Source: Podarcis erhardii
Taxonomy: Eukaryota
Strand: one strand, 5' to 3'
DNA length: 64,000 nucleotides
NCBI GenBank assembly: GCA_964252035.1
Contig: OZ176202.1
Each line of letters begins with the position of its first letter. The stretch's first letter is position 1. The notes below the pieces were generated by a model. It did no database searches and was not told the origin of the DNA. It saw nothing but the letters and a program-made list of their open reading frames with translations. Positions 36,687-48,602 of the stretch are shown here, one piece after another. A program made the position numbers and the translations under genes.

Positions 36687-38972
36687 CTTCTTTGTCCTAA
36701 TTTTGCCTTTCTGATTGTCAGAAGACTGAAGAGAGGGTTCTGTGCCCCTCTGCTAAGGGAATGAAAAGCAGGAGGGTGGATTTCTATAAATCTGGTTTTG
36801 TTGTTAATGAGGACAAGACCGTCTATGCTTCTCACAAAATAGAGGCGAGATCTTTAAATGGGTGAATGCATGCCTGAGTATCTCACCAATGTTCATGAAT
36901 TTTGTGTACAAAATACTAAACAAAATTGTTTGTTTCTGCTGTAATATAGTAATTTAAATTGCCAGGTGCATTCAGATATTTCTCAGGATTTTTTTTTTTC
37001 TTGTGGGGAAAAAAAAAACCTTAGAAGTGCTACATCTCACCCTTAGCAATTCTGAGTTGTTGGGAAGTACAGTAATTGCAATTGGCAATTTAGCAAAGAT
37101 AATTTGGATGATTTAATGAGTTCATTAAGTTGTTTCTTTGGCCCTGGTGAAAACTTAATGGAGGTAACTCACATTCCAGTTAGAGTTCCCTGAGGGAGGG
37201 GGAGATAATTTAGAAAATTGAAAAAGAGTGATTGAGCTTTGCAAAGACAGCTGATGAACAACCTCTGCTGTAAATCATCATAAATGATGAAGATAAATGG
37301 AAACTACTTTTAATTTTCTTCTGAGAGATAGAAAGTGTCATCAAATCCATTCAAAACACTGGTGAGTCTGTTGACTTCGGTGAGATAAGTGGTTTAGTCA
37401 CAATGCTACGGACATTTTATTCAAAGCATATATACATATAACCTGAGTTGTCAGATAAGAATTCCAGTGCTCATCATTCTTTATTTAAAAATAACAATGC
37501 CTCTCAATATAGGAATTTAACAAGTAGTTGTGAAATTCAATTTTATACTCAGATTGCTAGTCCCCTTCCATAGTTATTCTCAGTAGTCAACACAACACAC
37601 CGGGTAAGCAGCACAGATGGGCCACTTAGCTCTGTGGAAGGTTGTGGGAAATTATGCACAACTTTGCTTTACAAGCAGAGATGGTAGAGAATTCTGGCAT
37701 ATTTGGAACTGGTACCAGAAATCATTTCAGTTTGCATGTTCATTCTCAACCTGGAAGGGAAATCAGGCAAGCAAATATGACTGGTATTCGCTGTCATTTT
37801 TTAAGTCTGCAAATGTTTCCTGTTTTCCTCATGCTTCCTTCCATTGAAATGAATGGCGCAGCATCATTTAATGGTTACATAATTAATTACATAATTAATT
37901 ACATTTTGTTTGGCATCAGCAGACAGCAAGGCAAGCAACATTTTTTAAAATGGAATTCCAAACTCTAGTGAACATGGAAACAGCACTGTGCATGACAAAT
38001 ACAAGGTAGACAGGAAAATCATGCTGTCTTATATCCTTATACTTGCAAGCAGCAATTATTTATTGGTGGACTGAGTTCAGTCAAAAGATGTGCAGGTAGG
38101 GATAAATGCTTAGTTTTAAAGAATAGCCTTGAAGAGGTTAGTTTCTCACAAATGACACCTCTGTGGTTATGGACTTCCATTTTGCACTGTGTGCAGTATT
38201 TTCTACTATGCATGTGGTTGCATAGTACAACCCCAAACAATTTTTTATTATTGAAAAATAAACCATTTGCAACATAGCTGGAAACAAGATATGCAAGGGG
38301 ACCAAAGGTGATTTATCTGCTATGCTCTAATCCACTCATGCGGAACGTCTGGTGCAGAAACCTAATCAGGACAACAAGGCTTCAGAAGTTGGCCAGGCAG
38401 CCCATTTTAGCTGAATCATATCCACCTCTCCTGGGCCTGTTTGTCACATATGAATTTAGTTATAGCACACACTCGATTCCTTTCTTTGAGGAGTCACCTG
38501 CTGTCATCGTGATGCCCATGACTGAAGGATAGGTGTGGCCTCATCCACCTGTCAAAGTAACCCACAGTGGGTGGAGGAACTCTTAATCCAGTCCTCTTCC
38601 CCACCCCTGTCCTAAAACATGCCGAGTTCACACTGAAATGAGTTCTTTCCATTGCACTATTTATTAAAACATTGTTTTTAAAAGAGAAAAAGATTTAGGC
38701 TGGGGCTGGGTATAAATACGTATTGAAATGTGAAATTTCATGCAGATTTGTGCCTGTGTGTTTAATGGCAGATTGAAATAGAAATGTGCCGGGAAAACAG
38801 ACTTATGGGTGAACACATGTGAAAGTGACATTGACTGGAAATAGTGTGATTTACTTGTCTCCAGTAAGTGCATAAATATGTTCTCAATTCATTGTGCAGG
38901 AACCTTCTCTGATATATAACTTTTCCCTGTACTTTCAGGAACAGCTGCTGAAACTAATATATTGTCACTGTG

Positions 38973-38974
<2 letters not shown>

Positions 38975-39010
<36 letters not shown>
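38975..39010. repeat. (TA)n microsatellite
   Basis: Directly visible. Confidence 0.95.
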
Positions 39011-39013
<3 letters not shown>

Positions 39014-39088
39014 ATCCCACTACATTGTGTCATAATAACAATGAGTCCTAATAACTGTATTCAGGGGCAATTTCATCACGATGTGGAA

Positions 39089-39409
39089 CATGGGTAGGCA
39101 AACTAAGGCCCAGGGGCTGGATCCGGCCCAATCGCCTTTTCAATCTGTCCCATGGACAGTCTGGGAATCAGCGTGTTTTTACATGAGTGGAATGTGTCAT
39201 TTTATTTTAAATGCATCTCTGGATTATTTGTGGGGCCTGCCTGATGTTTTTACATGAGTAGAATGTGTGCTTTTATTTAAAATGCATCTCTGGGTTATTT
39301 GTGGGGCATAGGAATTTGTTCATTTCCCCCCACAAAATATAGTCCGGCCTCCCGCAAGGTCTGAGAGACTGTGGACTGGCCCCCTGCTGAAAAAGTTTGC
39401 TGACCCCTG
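39089..39409. mobile_element. hAT (Charlie-like) MITE, 321 bp, with an internal tandem duplication
   Basis: TIRs CATGGGTAGGCAAACT / AGTTTGCTGACCCCTG and 8-bp TSD ATGTGGAA/ATGTAGAA (7/8). An internal segment of about 70 bp (TGTTTTTACATGAGT...TTATTTGTGGGGC) occurs twice. Confidence 0.88.
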
Positions 39410-39448
39410 ATGTAGAACATGGTAGCAATAGTCACTGAGAGACTATTG

Positions 39449-40214
39449 TGTGGCTATTCCCTCCCCCCCACAGGTGGAATAAATGAAGACAACGGACACA
39501 GAGTTTTAGGTTAATGGGCGAAAATGGCCACAACTTTATTGATTACAGGAAAGAAGGGTATTGGCTTTAGGCATTGGCCCTAACCGACTATCCGGTCTGA
39601 CCGGGAAGGGTTAAACACCAACAGGGGGAGCCACCCGAGATGCATATCCCTAGGCGCTCCCCGAGGGGTTACCGCTCGGGGGCGCGCTTTAGGCCCTAGC
39701 CTCCGTAGGTTTCGGACGAGGCGTCGCCCCTCGGAGTCCTTTAACGAACTACCCTTCAAGCATTGGGGGAGGTGATGGCGTTCCTCCCCCCCAACCTCAT
39801 CTGCATGATAATACCCCGGCCAATGCCTACCACCAAAACCGAGGGAGTTGTGACGATTTGCTACGAGGTAGGCGAAAAAACCAAGTGGCTCACAAAAACC
39901 AGCCAATTAGCCAAATGGAAAAACTCCTACCAGGCCCCTTGCGGCAACCAGCCGAAGCCCATAGCAAGGTCAGTGGCAAAACCTAAAGGGTGGGTGGGTG
40001 GGAAACCGCGTCGTCTCCAGGGAAGAAAGGGGGCGAGCCAGGGGCTGCCCTGACCTTAAGTGGCCCCTACGAAGGCCCGCCCCTGCCGCCAGCCGATTGG
40101 CTGGCACCACAGGGTATGCTAATTGGGGGAATCCCTGTCCCTCGCGAGGCTGACGCCAGCCTCGCGAGAGCGAGTGTGGGCAGGGTCGTGATCCCACAAC
40201 CCCCCCTCCTCCTG
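39449..40214 (-). mobile_element. CpG-rich 3' LTR with polypurine tract (LTR-2), related to LTR-1
   Basis: On the minus strand a PPT, CAGGAGGAGGGGGGG (40200-40214), lies 1 nt before TGTGGGAT. The LTR (40198-39449) ends TAGCCACA. AATAAA at 39540-39535, CCAAT at 40100-40096, GC box near 40075-40085. No TSD, consistent with a truncated provirus end rather than a solo LTR. Confidence 0.72.
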
Positions 40215-40932
40215 AAGATCGGAAGGGGCATTGCAAACACTCCACCTCTCTTCTATCTGCTGCACAGCTCAAGCCACATTTATAGAGTTGTCTAAGTACC
40301 GTAGCTTTGTCCTAACATACCTTAGAGGGCTCCTTGTCATTGGCACCAGATCAAAACCTCCACAGGTTTCGAATGAGGGAAATGTGCAATGATTAATGTT
40401 GCATTGCCCAATTAATCTGCGAAGCAACTGTCATTTTTGTAAAATCATATTTCATAGTAGCAAAGAGGCTGAGGGAAGACCAATAATCAATGGCACTTTT
40501 TTTTCTTACTTTCCTTACGTTTAAAGTATTTCTTATATTTATGCAGAATAAACTGTAAAGTGCTGCAATATTGAGTAGGTCTGGTTGAAAGCAAACTTGA
40601 CAAGATGGAGGCAATAGTGGACGGTTCATTAGTGCAGCGAGGCAAATCGATAAATAATTGGCACACATAAAGAGCAATAAAAATAAATAATAATAATAAT
40701 AATAATCAGCAGCATCCACCTCAGCAGCCCAAGCCTGATTCTGGGTTATGTAAATTGTTGGGTTTGACAAGTATTACTGTACAGTGAGAAGTAACTTGCC
40801 ATTCAGTTGCCAGTGTGAAACATTTCTACAACAAAAGACCATCCCTTAATTGGGACAATCTGGAGCAAAATCTGCAAAATACCTTTCAGAAAGTCATAAT
40901 TTTTATCCATTGCTGTACCATAAAGAGAAGAG

Positions 40933-40935
<3 letters not shown>

Positions 40936-40987
<52 letters not shown>
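40936..40987. repeat. (GA)n microsatellite
   Basis: Directly visible. Confidence 0.95.
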
Positions 40988-40990
<3 letters not shown>

Positions 40991-41752
40991 AACTAAATAG
41001 CTTGGAAAGCAGCAATTTAAATTCCATTCGTGCTCCAGATTGCAACCTGCTTTGTGTTCCTAGGTAGGGGTGTATCCTGGCCTTTGTTGCTATGGGAGGA
41101 AAGAGATGAGGAACAACATCATGTAATCAGTAATGCCAGGCAGTTTTGAATCATCAGATACAATTTGCTGCATGGTTTATCTGAATCAAATCAATGGTAT
41201 TTTGAGACTGATGATAATTACTTCTGGTATGATTCCCTTGTACAGCAATGAGCAGCCCAATCCTGTCTTATCCATGAGCTCAGTAGGCCTTACTTCCAAG
41301 TAAGTGTAAATGATTGCAGCTGTAGTGTCCTAAGTAATCAGCTTATTTGATTTATACCTATACTCTTACAAACTTAAACAGCTTGTTTGATTAGTCATTT
41401 AATATAAAGTGATTTATCGCATAACTATAGCTACAGTGCTATGAATTCCTCTGCCAACAAGAATTATATTTTTACAAGTGAGTCCACTTACTAAGCAGAT
41501 CTTTTTTTCAGGCTGCAATACATTATGCAAATTAGGAAAGACATTGCACGTAAAAACAAATCACATAAGTCTAAACGTATAAGTCTATATCATACAGGGA
41601 ATATGGTGGATGCAATCCCACTAATATTTACTGATTGACTACTTATGTTACAAATTTTTGAGCAAAGTGGAACACTAAGTTTGAACACTATTTCATTTTC
41701 AATAATATTTGTACACTAACAGAGCAAACTAATATGTATATACTCAGAAGTA

Positions 41753-41846
41753 GGAACCTACAAATCTTATCAATTTAAGCTTCTCTCAGTTTCTCATGTG
41801 GAATCTACAAATCTTATCAATTTAAGCTTCTCTCAGTTTCTCATGT
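41753..41846. repeat. 47-bp tandem duplication (2 copies, 1 mismatch)
   Basis: GGAA(C/T)CTACAAATCTTATCAATTTAAGCTTCTCTCAGTTTCTCATGT at 41753-41799 and 41800-41846. Confidence 0.95.
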
Positions 41847-41849
41847 CTC

Positions 41850-42140
41850 TATTCTTAAGTTCACCACATTTTGGCATCAATCTGTGGTTCTTTTTAAGTC
41901 CTCATGAAATTTTGTCAGTATTTTTGTATGCGTTTCTCATAACATATGCAATTTCGCCTAACATGCATGATTTGCATGTGCTTTCCCCCAATAAAATACA
42001 TTTTTGTATGTTATTTTAGTTCATATAAGCATGTTTATGCACACTTTCTCCTAATATAAACATTTTACGGTTGGATAAATTTCAAAGAAGTGTGAATTTT
42101 GATGCATTTCAGGGTTGATACATTGTTTCAGGGAGTGCAG
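41850..42140. mobile_element. AT-rich interspersed repeat (opposite orientation to 62700-62920)
   Basis: TCCTCATGAAATTTTGTCAGTA..GCAATTTCGCCTAA..CACTTTCTCCTAAT resembles the reverse complement of ATAAGGAGAATG..TTAAGCGAAATT..AACAAATTTTCATAAGGA at about 62750-62860. Confidence 0.55.
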
Positions 42141-45019
42141 ATTCTGAACAAGATTTCTCCCTCACTGAGTTCTATCTCTGGGTAATCATGTATAGAACGG
42201 CAACATTAGACACCCCCCCAAAAAAGTTTGCATTTGATCATGCGTATTCTGATTAGTGATTTCAAATAGGTACATCTCCTAGCCCATTTCCCTGGCCAAT
42301 CACCATTTCCTGTTTGTAAAAGTTCAGTTGCATATTGTTCTTCTGAGCAGAGCTATATTTAATATTTCAGTTTGGTTTTAGTCTAGTTAGTTAAAAAGAG
42401 TCTAGTTAGTTAAAAAATGGAGGACATGTTTTTGAAAAGCCGGGACTAACCAACATGTTTTTGTCAAGTACAAATTGTATCAAATGGCCCTTAGCTGTAG
42501 AAGCCAAAAAAGAAAAAGAAAATGAGATAAAAGGTTGGATCCAGAATTTATTGAGTGTAAAATATGGATGTTCCTGTGTATAACAAGACAAGAATCTAGT
42601 TCCATCCTTCATTTCTGTGGGGACTGTCAGAGCTTTCTGAACCCTAAAATGCTTTCCAGTACCCATGGAAAACTGATCATCCAGGTTACATTGACAGTGT
42701 TTCTCAATGGTGCAGAAAGCTGTTCAATATGCATGCAAACCTCCTGCAAAAATCCTCCAGTGGAAGCCAGCCAATTGTGACAGGTTGTAGTGTACAAGAT
42801 TTGAGGAATAATAATAATTTTTTTTTAAAGCCAGATCAATAGGTTATCCATCAAGAATGTGTCCAAGGAAAGTTTCAGCTCATCCCAGAGAGATTTGTGT
42901 TTCTTTAAACAAAAAAAAACCCCATGTATAATAAAGGTCAAGCATTATTAATCCAGTTTACAAATTCTGATGAAGTTCTTCAGTTATTTAAAGCAAAAAT
43001 AGAATAGAAAAAACAAGGGAAATCAAGTCTACAGAAATATAGATTAAAGAGGTTGTGCAAAACAACCCTCAACCCCCCACCACCAAATTTGTGTTAGTTT
43101 TATCAAAACTAGTTTAACTCCCTCAAAACCTTTCATATATTTTTAACAAGCATGAATTTCCTTCTCAGATTTAATTTTGCTTAGGTGGTAGCTTAGGGGT
43201 CTGCAAAACATCCTGAGAATTATTGTTATTCTTATGAAAACTTTTGCCAAAGCAGAAGCTCCACAATTACTAAGAACTTCAGACAATATTCAGTAGCAAC
43301 TCTACTCAAGACAACTGGGACAAAATGCAAAAATAGTTGAAATCTACTTTAATTGGATAATTTAATAACTATTTTTGTGGACTTCATGCAAGATACGAGT
43401 CTAAAAAGAAACAAAGTTTTGTACCTCAGTTGCAGGAAGAAAAACCAGTTCTTGTTCTTAATGCTGTTCCAAGTCTGATGTTACGGTATATTGTCATTCA
43501 TTGTTGCATGAAAGAAGGCTAATACGTGAATTCTCCCAGCAAAAATCAAGACCGCCAATTATTTGCATGGAAATCTTGTTGAGTGTTCAAATAAGTGTGT
43601 ATGGGACTGCTGCCTTGAAATTGTGGAATGAATTGGCTACATATTTGGAGGACGGAGTCCATAACTTGACTGATTACGTTGACTAAATTGTGAGCTAACA
43701 AGCAGCTGATCTCAGTACTGGCTTTGAAACTCCTTGAATATCCTATCCCATGAGCTTGGCCTCTTCTAGCACAAAATGTGCTTGAACTTCAAAATAACAT
43801 GAAAAATCATCAACATTTGGATATTTTGTTAATACTTCAAAACAAGCTTCTAATCAAATGCCCTCTGACTGGAAGTGGAAAGCATAATTGTACGCAGCCT
43901 TTGAAAACACATCTGGATCTTTTGATTTCCATAGCTCTACGCTCAGTGAGAACTCAAAACTGCCAAGAGTTGGCCTACTGTACGTAATCAAAGTCATTCT
44001 CACATTGTCATATGTTCTGCCTAGCATGTGGTCTCAACCACATTCTAATAGAATATGGTCTAACCTTTCAAAGCTTTTTCGAATGATAATAGCTAATTAT
44101 CTCCAAGAAAATTAAAGGTTCATTTCAGAACTTTTTGGCAGTTAAGGGGCGAGGAGGAAAGAAGAACCCTGTGGACTGCTGAATTTTTTATGCCTTCTGG
44201 TAGTAGGGGTCTTAAATTTCTAATAGTAGCAGCCCAGGGCTACTCTTCCCCCCCTTCCTCTATATTACATATGCTGACCCCACCACCATATGAATTGAGA
44301 TACTGCTTTATACACCTAATATCCATGACTCAACATGCATATTAAGCTAGTTGTGTGGTTAGTTTAACCCATTCCTGTCTGCTTTGAACCAAAAAGTGCT
44401 AAGTACCCCCTCTCTCTTTCCAAATGGTTGGCTTTATATTTGTGGTTGTGACTTTTCCCACATCCAGCCATATAATAACCTCTCATCCAATCTTTGCTTA
44501 CAAATGGCTTAAAGTAGTAACTGGGGCCTGGAGAAATGCACATGTATTTTAGGTAAACAAACAAACCAAAACTTTAACGATTACATAACTTTGTATGAAG
44601 CATAACTTGGGATGTGAAATTGCCTCAGGACTGTGACAAATTCAGTACAGGACTTGGTAATAATTTGTAAATGAAAGGATGCACTATGTATAGAAAAATA
44701 GAAAATGAATTAGCCTTTCATCTTTCAAGTGGCACAAAATTACTGATATTGTATATAGGAGTAGAGGCACCTGCTATTTGAATATATATTATGAGAATTC
44801 CACATGAGTAATGTTCGAAGCTGTACACTGGATTATTTATACTAGCAAAAGCTGGGCGATTCTCTAGACCAAAGTATTTGACACACTTCTAAAATGACTA
44901 CAAACAAGTATAGAAACCTAATGATACCATATTCCTCTATAAGACCATTTTTCTTATTCTACCAGCCCCCAACCTGACCTGAAGCCAGGCTGAATGAATT
45001 TATAAAAGGTGCAGTTTTC

Positions 45020-45064
<45 letters not shown>

Positions 45065-45502
45065 TTATTATTTGTACCCCGCCCATCTGGCTGGGTTTCC
45101 CCAGCCACTCTGGGCGGCTTCCATAAAAACCAAAAATACACTAAAATATCACAGATTAAAAACTTCCCTGAACAGGGCTGCCTTAAGATGTCTTCTGAAT
45201 GTCAGGTAGTTATTTATCGCTTTGACATCTGATGGGAGGGCGTTCCACAGGGCGGGTGCCACTACCGAGAAGGCCCTCTGCCTGGTTCCCTGTAGCTTTG
45301 CTTCTCGCAATGAGGGAACCGTCAGAAGGCCCTCGGCGCTGGACCTCAGCGTTCAGGCAGAACGATGGGGGTGGAGATGCTCCTTCAGGTATACTGAGCC
45401 GAGGCCATTTAGGGCTTTAAAGGTCAACACCAGCACTTTGAATTGTACTCGGAAATGTACTGGGAGCCAATGTAGGTCTTTCAAGACCAGTGTTATGTGG
45501 TC

Positions 45503-46309
45503 TCAGCGGCCGCCCCCAGTCACCAGTCTAGCTGCCGCATTCTGGATTAGTTGTAGTTTCCGAGTCACCTTCAAAGGTAGCCCCACGTAGAGCGCATTGC
45601 AGTAGTCCAAGCGGGAGATAACTAGAGCATGCACCACTCTGGCGAGACAGTCCGCGGGCAGGTAGGGTCTCAGCCTGCGTACCAGGTGGAGTTGGTAGAC
45701 AGCTGCCCTGGATACAGAATTGACCTGTGCCTCCATGGACAGCTGTGAGTCCAAAATGACTCCCAGGTTGCGCACCTGGTCCTTCAGGGGCACAGTTACC
45801 CTATTCAGGACCAGGGAGTCCTCCACACCAGCCCGCCCCCTGTCCCCCAAAAACAGTACTTCTGTCTTGTCAGGATTCAAGCTCAATCCATTAGCCGCCA
45901 TCCATCCTCCAACCGCCTCCAGGCACTCACACAGGACCTTCACCGCCCACTGGTTCTGATTTGAAAGAGAGGTAGAGCCGAAAGACCTGATTATACTAAA
46001 TAATTGCACCGGGTGAGAGCTAGCGGATGCAATGGAGGCCCAGAAGTAAGACTTCTTAGCAGCCTTCACCGCCATCTCATAGGTTTTCATAAAAGCCCTA
46101 TAAGATGTTCTTGAGGCTCTGTCACGGGCACCCCGCCATACTCGCTCTAGCTGTCTGAGGTCCCGCTTCATTTTCTGGAGCTCCTCGGTAAACCAGGGAG
46201 CCCGGTTTCTGCGGGGTCGCAGAGGGCGCTTAGGTGCGATCTCATCGATGGCTGCCAGGAGCTGGATATTCCAGCCCTCAACAAGCTCAACAAGCTCCAG
46301 GGGGAGCAA
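45503..46309 (-). pseudogene. L2 ORF2 tether fused in frame to the C-terminal RT/thumb region
   Basis: The 268-aa ORF lacks RT catalytic motifs (no YADD). It ends at a premature TGA after GGGR, while L2-like coding sequence continues to about 45150. Confidence 0.88.
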
Positions 46310-46735
46310 GGTCCCGCAAGGCTTGGCGGAATCTATCAGGGTCCATCAGCCTCTGCGGGCGAGCCCAAATCGGCTCACCACCTAAGCGGGGGGTGGGGGG
46401 TGGAAAGTCAATCCTGGCTTTCAGAGCGTAGTGATCAGACCATGGCACCTTCATTGAAGGAGACATGATCACATCTATACCTATGCCAAAGATCAAATCC
46501 AGTGTGTGGCCTGCTTGATGTGTGGGGCCCGAAAGAAACTGGGAGAGCCCTAGTATCGCCATGGAAGACACCAGGTCCAGAGCCTGTGAGGAGGGAGTGG
46601 CATCAGCATGGATGTTGAAGTCCCCCAATACCAGTAGGTTAGGGAACTCCAAGGCCGAGCCGGCCACCGCCTCCAGTAGGCCTGACAGGGTGGCTGCTGG
46701 TGCGCTAGGTGGCCGGTACACCAGCCAGACAGCTG
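46287..46735 (-). pseudogene. L2 ORF2 AP-endonuclease fragment
   Basis: ORF track 46287..46763 contains GDFN, GHTLD and SDH motifs. It is frameshifted relative to 45503..46309. Confidence 0.88.
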
Positions 46736-46959
46736 GTTGAGTAAAAAGGTTTTTGACTGGCACCTAAAAAATAATAATGATGGCACCAGCCATGCCTTCC
46801 TGAAGAGAGCATTTCACAAATGGGAAGCCACATGAAAAGGTCCTCTTCTGTGTTGCCATAGTCCACATCTCTCTTTGAGGAGATACATAGAGAAGGGCCT
46901 CACATGATGAAGACAGCATCCCGGTTGGTTCATGAGGGGCAAGGTGACCCTTGTAGTAT

Positions 46960-47100
46960 TGGTGTCCTGAGTAAGGCTTTACACAAGCACTTTGAATTCA
47001 GACCAGAAACATATTGGTACCCAGTCCTGCAGTTGTACCAAGGGAGGTGTCATATAAGTTGTGAAGGCTGTAGTAACAGCTGTAGCATTCTTTGAACTAA
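46960..47100 (-). mobile_element. Older degenerate L2 fragment
   Basis: AGCACTTTGAATTCAGACCAGAAACATATTGGTACCCAGT resembles AGCACTTTGAATTGTACTCGGAAATGTACTGGGAGCCAAT in the younger L2 at about 45432-45470. Confidence 0.45.
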
Positions 47101-47254
47101 AATGTTGTCTACTGAAGTACTTTGTCTAAAGAGGAAGGTTATTGCATTTTTAAATTGAAACATGCTATTTTATTCACTGTATGTTTGTAACATACTTCCC
47201 CCCAGACCTATAACCAGAGTACCCATCATATTGTGATATATAGATACAGATATA

Positions 47255-47532
47255 CAGTGGTACCTCTAGTTGCTGACTTAATCCATTTCGGGGTGCCGTT
47301 TGCACCCTGAAAAGTCTGCAACTAGAGTGCCTCTTCCACACATGTGCATGGTGCGACTGAGCGCTTCTGCACATGCGCAAAGCACACAGATTGCTTCTGC
47401 GGATGCGAGAAGCGCACAGATCGCTTCTGCGCATGCGCGGGCAGCGAACCTGGAAGTAAATACTTCCGGGTTTGCAGCGTTCGTAAGCTGAAAGTCCATA
47501 AGAAGAGCGGAATGCAACATGAGGTATGACTG
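47255..47532. mobile_element. Tc1/mariner (pogo/Tigger-like) MITE, family B, with 30-bp internal repeats
   Basis: Structure TA|CAGTGGTACCTC ... GAGGTATGACTG|TA. About 2.7 copies of a 30-bp unit (GCTTCTGCGCATGCG core) at 47359-47438. Confidence 0.82.
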
Positions 47533-48542
47533 TATATAAGAGGCTCACTTACACTGGCAAATGCTTCTCTTGAGGATATTTTCAGCTAGAGTGTGTAAAT
47601 GGCTATCCTTTTAAAATGACAAGTGCTGTAGCACACAACAATTCTAGTCTTCATCAAAACAGAGTCATAGGTGAGGCCCTGTGTCTGGGAAGATAGAGAT
47701 GAGGCGGGAAGGAGGAGGCTAGAGAAAGAAGCCAAGGAAATTTATTACTTTTTCTTCCTTTGTCTTCAAAGGACATGATGCAGTTCGTGTCCTCCTCTGC
47801 ACTGGCAGGTCAAAAGAACTGAAAACTATCTAGGTTTTTTTCTTCTCTATTTTGTGTCTGTGCTGAGCCTTTCCCAGGGCTATGGATGAATTAGGGCATA
47901 ATTAACTGCATGTATTAGTGACTTGGTGACCTCTCACACATTTTGCTAAGTTCATGATGAAGCAGTCCTCTATTTTAGGACAAAGAATTAATTCAAAGGC
48001 AGTGGTGTGATCTTAATTCTTGAAGAACATGGAGGAAATTGTTAAGCACAACAAGATGTCTAGGTAGCAGGGAGACAGGCAGTAGACAATTACCAAATGC
48101 TGCTTAAAGCAAAAGAAGAATAGCAGCAATAGAGTGTCTTTGCCTAAAGATAAGAGAACTCATAGACATTAGCTATAACAAAGAGTATTGGCAGCATTAT
48201 TGCTTCAAAAATACACATTTATGTATTTATATCAGGCCTTCGAAAAGATTTATCGCAGGGGTGCCAAAATAATCCAATTGAAATCTTAAGCACATACAGG
48301 CACATGTCAGTAAATAAGTTTAGGATTCCTGACAATTAAACATCAATATAAGAAATTATGAAAAGTATTATTTTGGTTAATATATGTAATCATTGATGAG
48401 TAGCATTTATTTTGAAGCACAATGGTCTCAGCAATAACAGTATTTGATGCATGACTCCTGAGTAATGTGGTCAGCAGAGGCACTTGAAACTAAGCTGACC
48501 TAATCGTAATAAGATTAGGCTCATATGTGTGTGTGCCCACAT

Positions 48543-48545
48543 GCG

Positions 48546-48602
<57 letters not shown>
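48543..48602. repeat. Compound microsatellite (GC)4(TC)16(AC)10
   Basis: Directly visible. Confidence 0.95.

Larger units (their letters stand above)
45020..46735 (-). mobile_element. 5'-truncated L2 LINE with (ATT)n tail and internal deletion of the RT core
   Basis: Contains APE motifs VYRPP, LGDFNIH, THQAGHTLDL and PWSDH, followed by tether APWFTEEL. It then joins directly to the post-catalytic RT region (WMAANGLSLNPDKTE, LDYCNALYVGLP, LQLIQNAAARL). The L2 3' end and (AAT)15 lie at 45020-45064. Confidence 0.93.

Noticed and set aside
36270-36835. Cluster of six overlapping ORFs
   Set aside because: They lie over the GC-rich hAT MITE and give low-complexity Pro/Gly translations.
39580-40295. 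ORFs of about 100 aa in LTR-2
   Set aside because: GC-rich LTR artefacts with no protein motifs.
47359-47438. 30-bp periodic repeats resembling a CRISPR or iteron array
   Set aside because: The units are contiguous with no unique spacers, lie inside a TA-flanked MITE and the context is eukaryotic.
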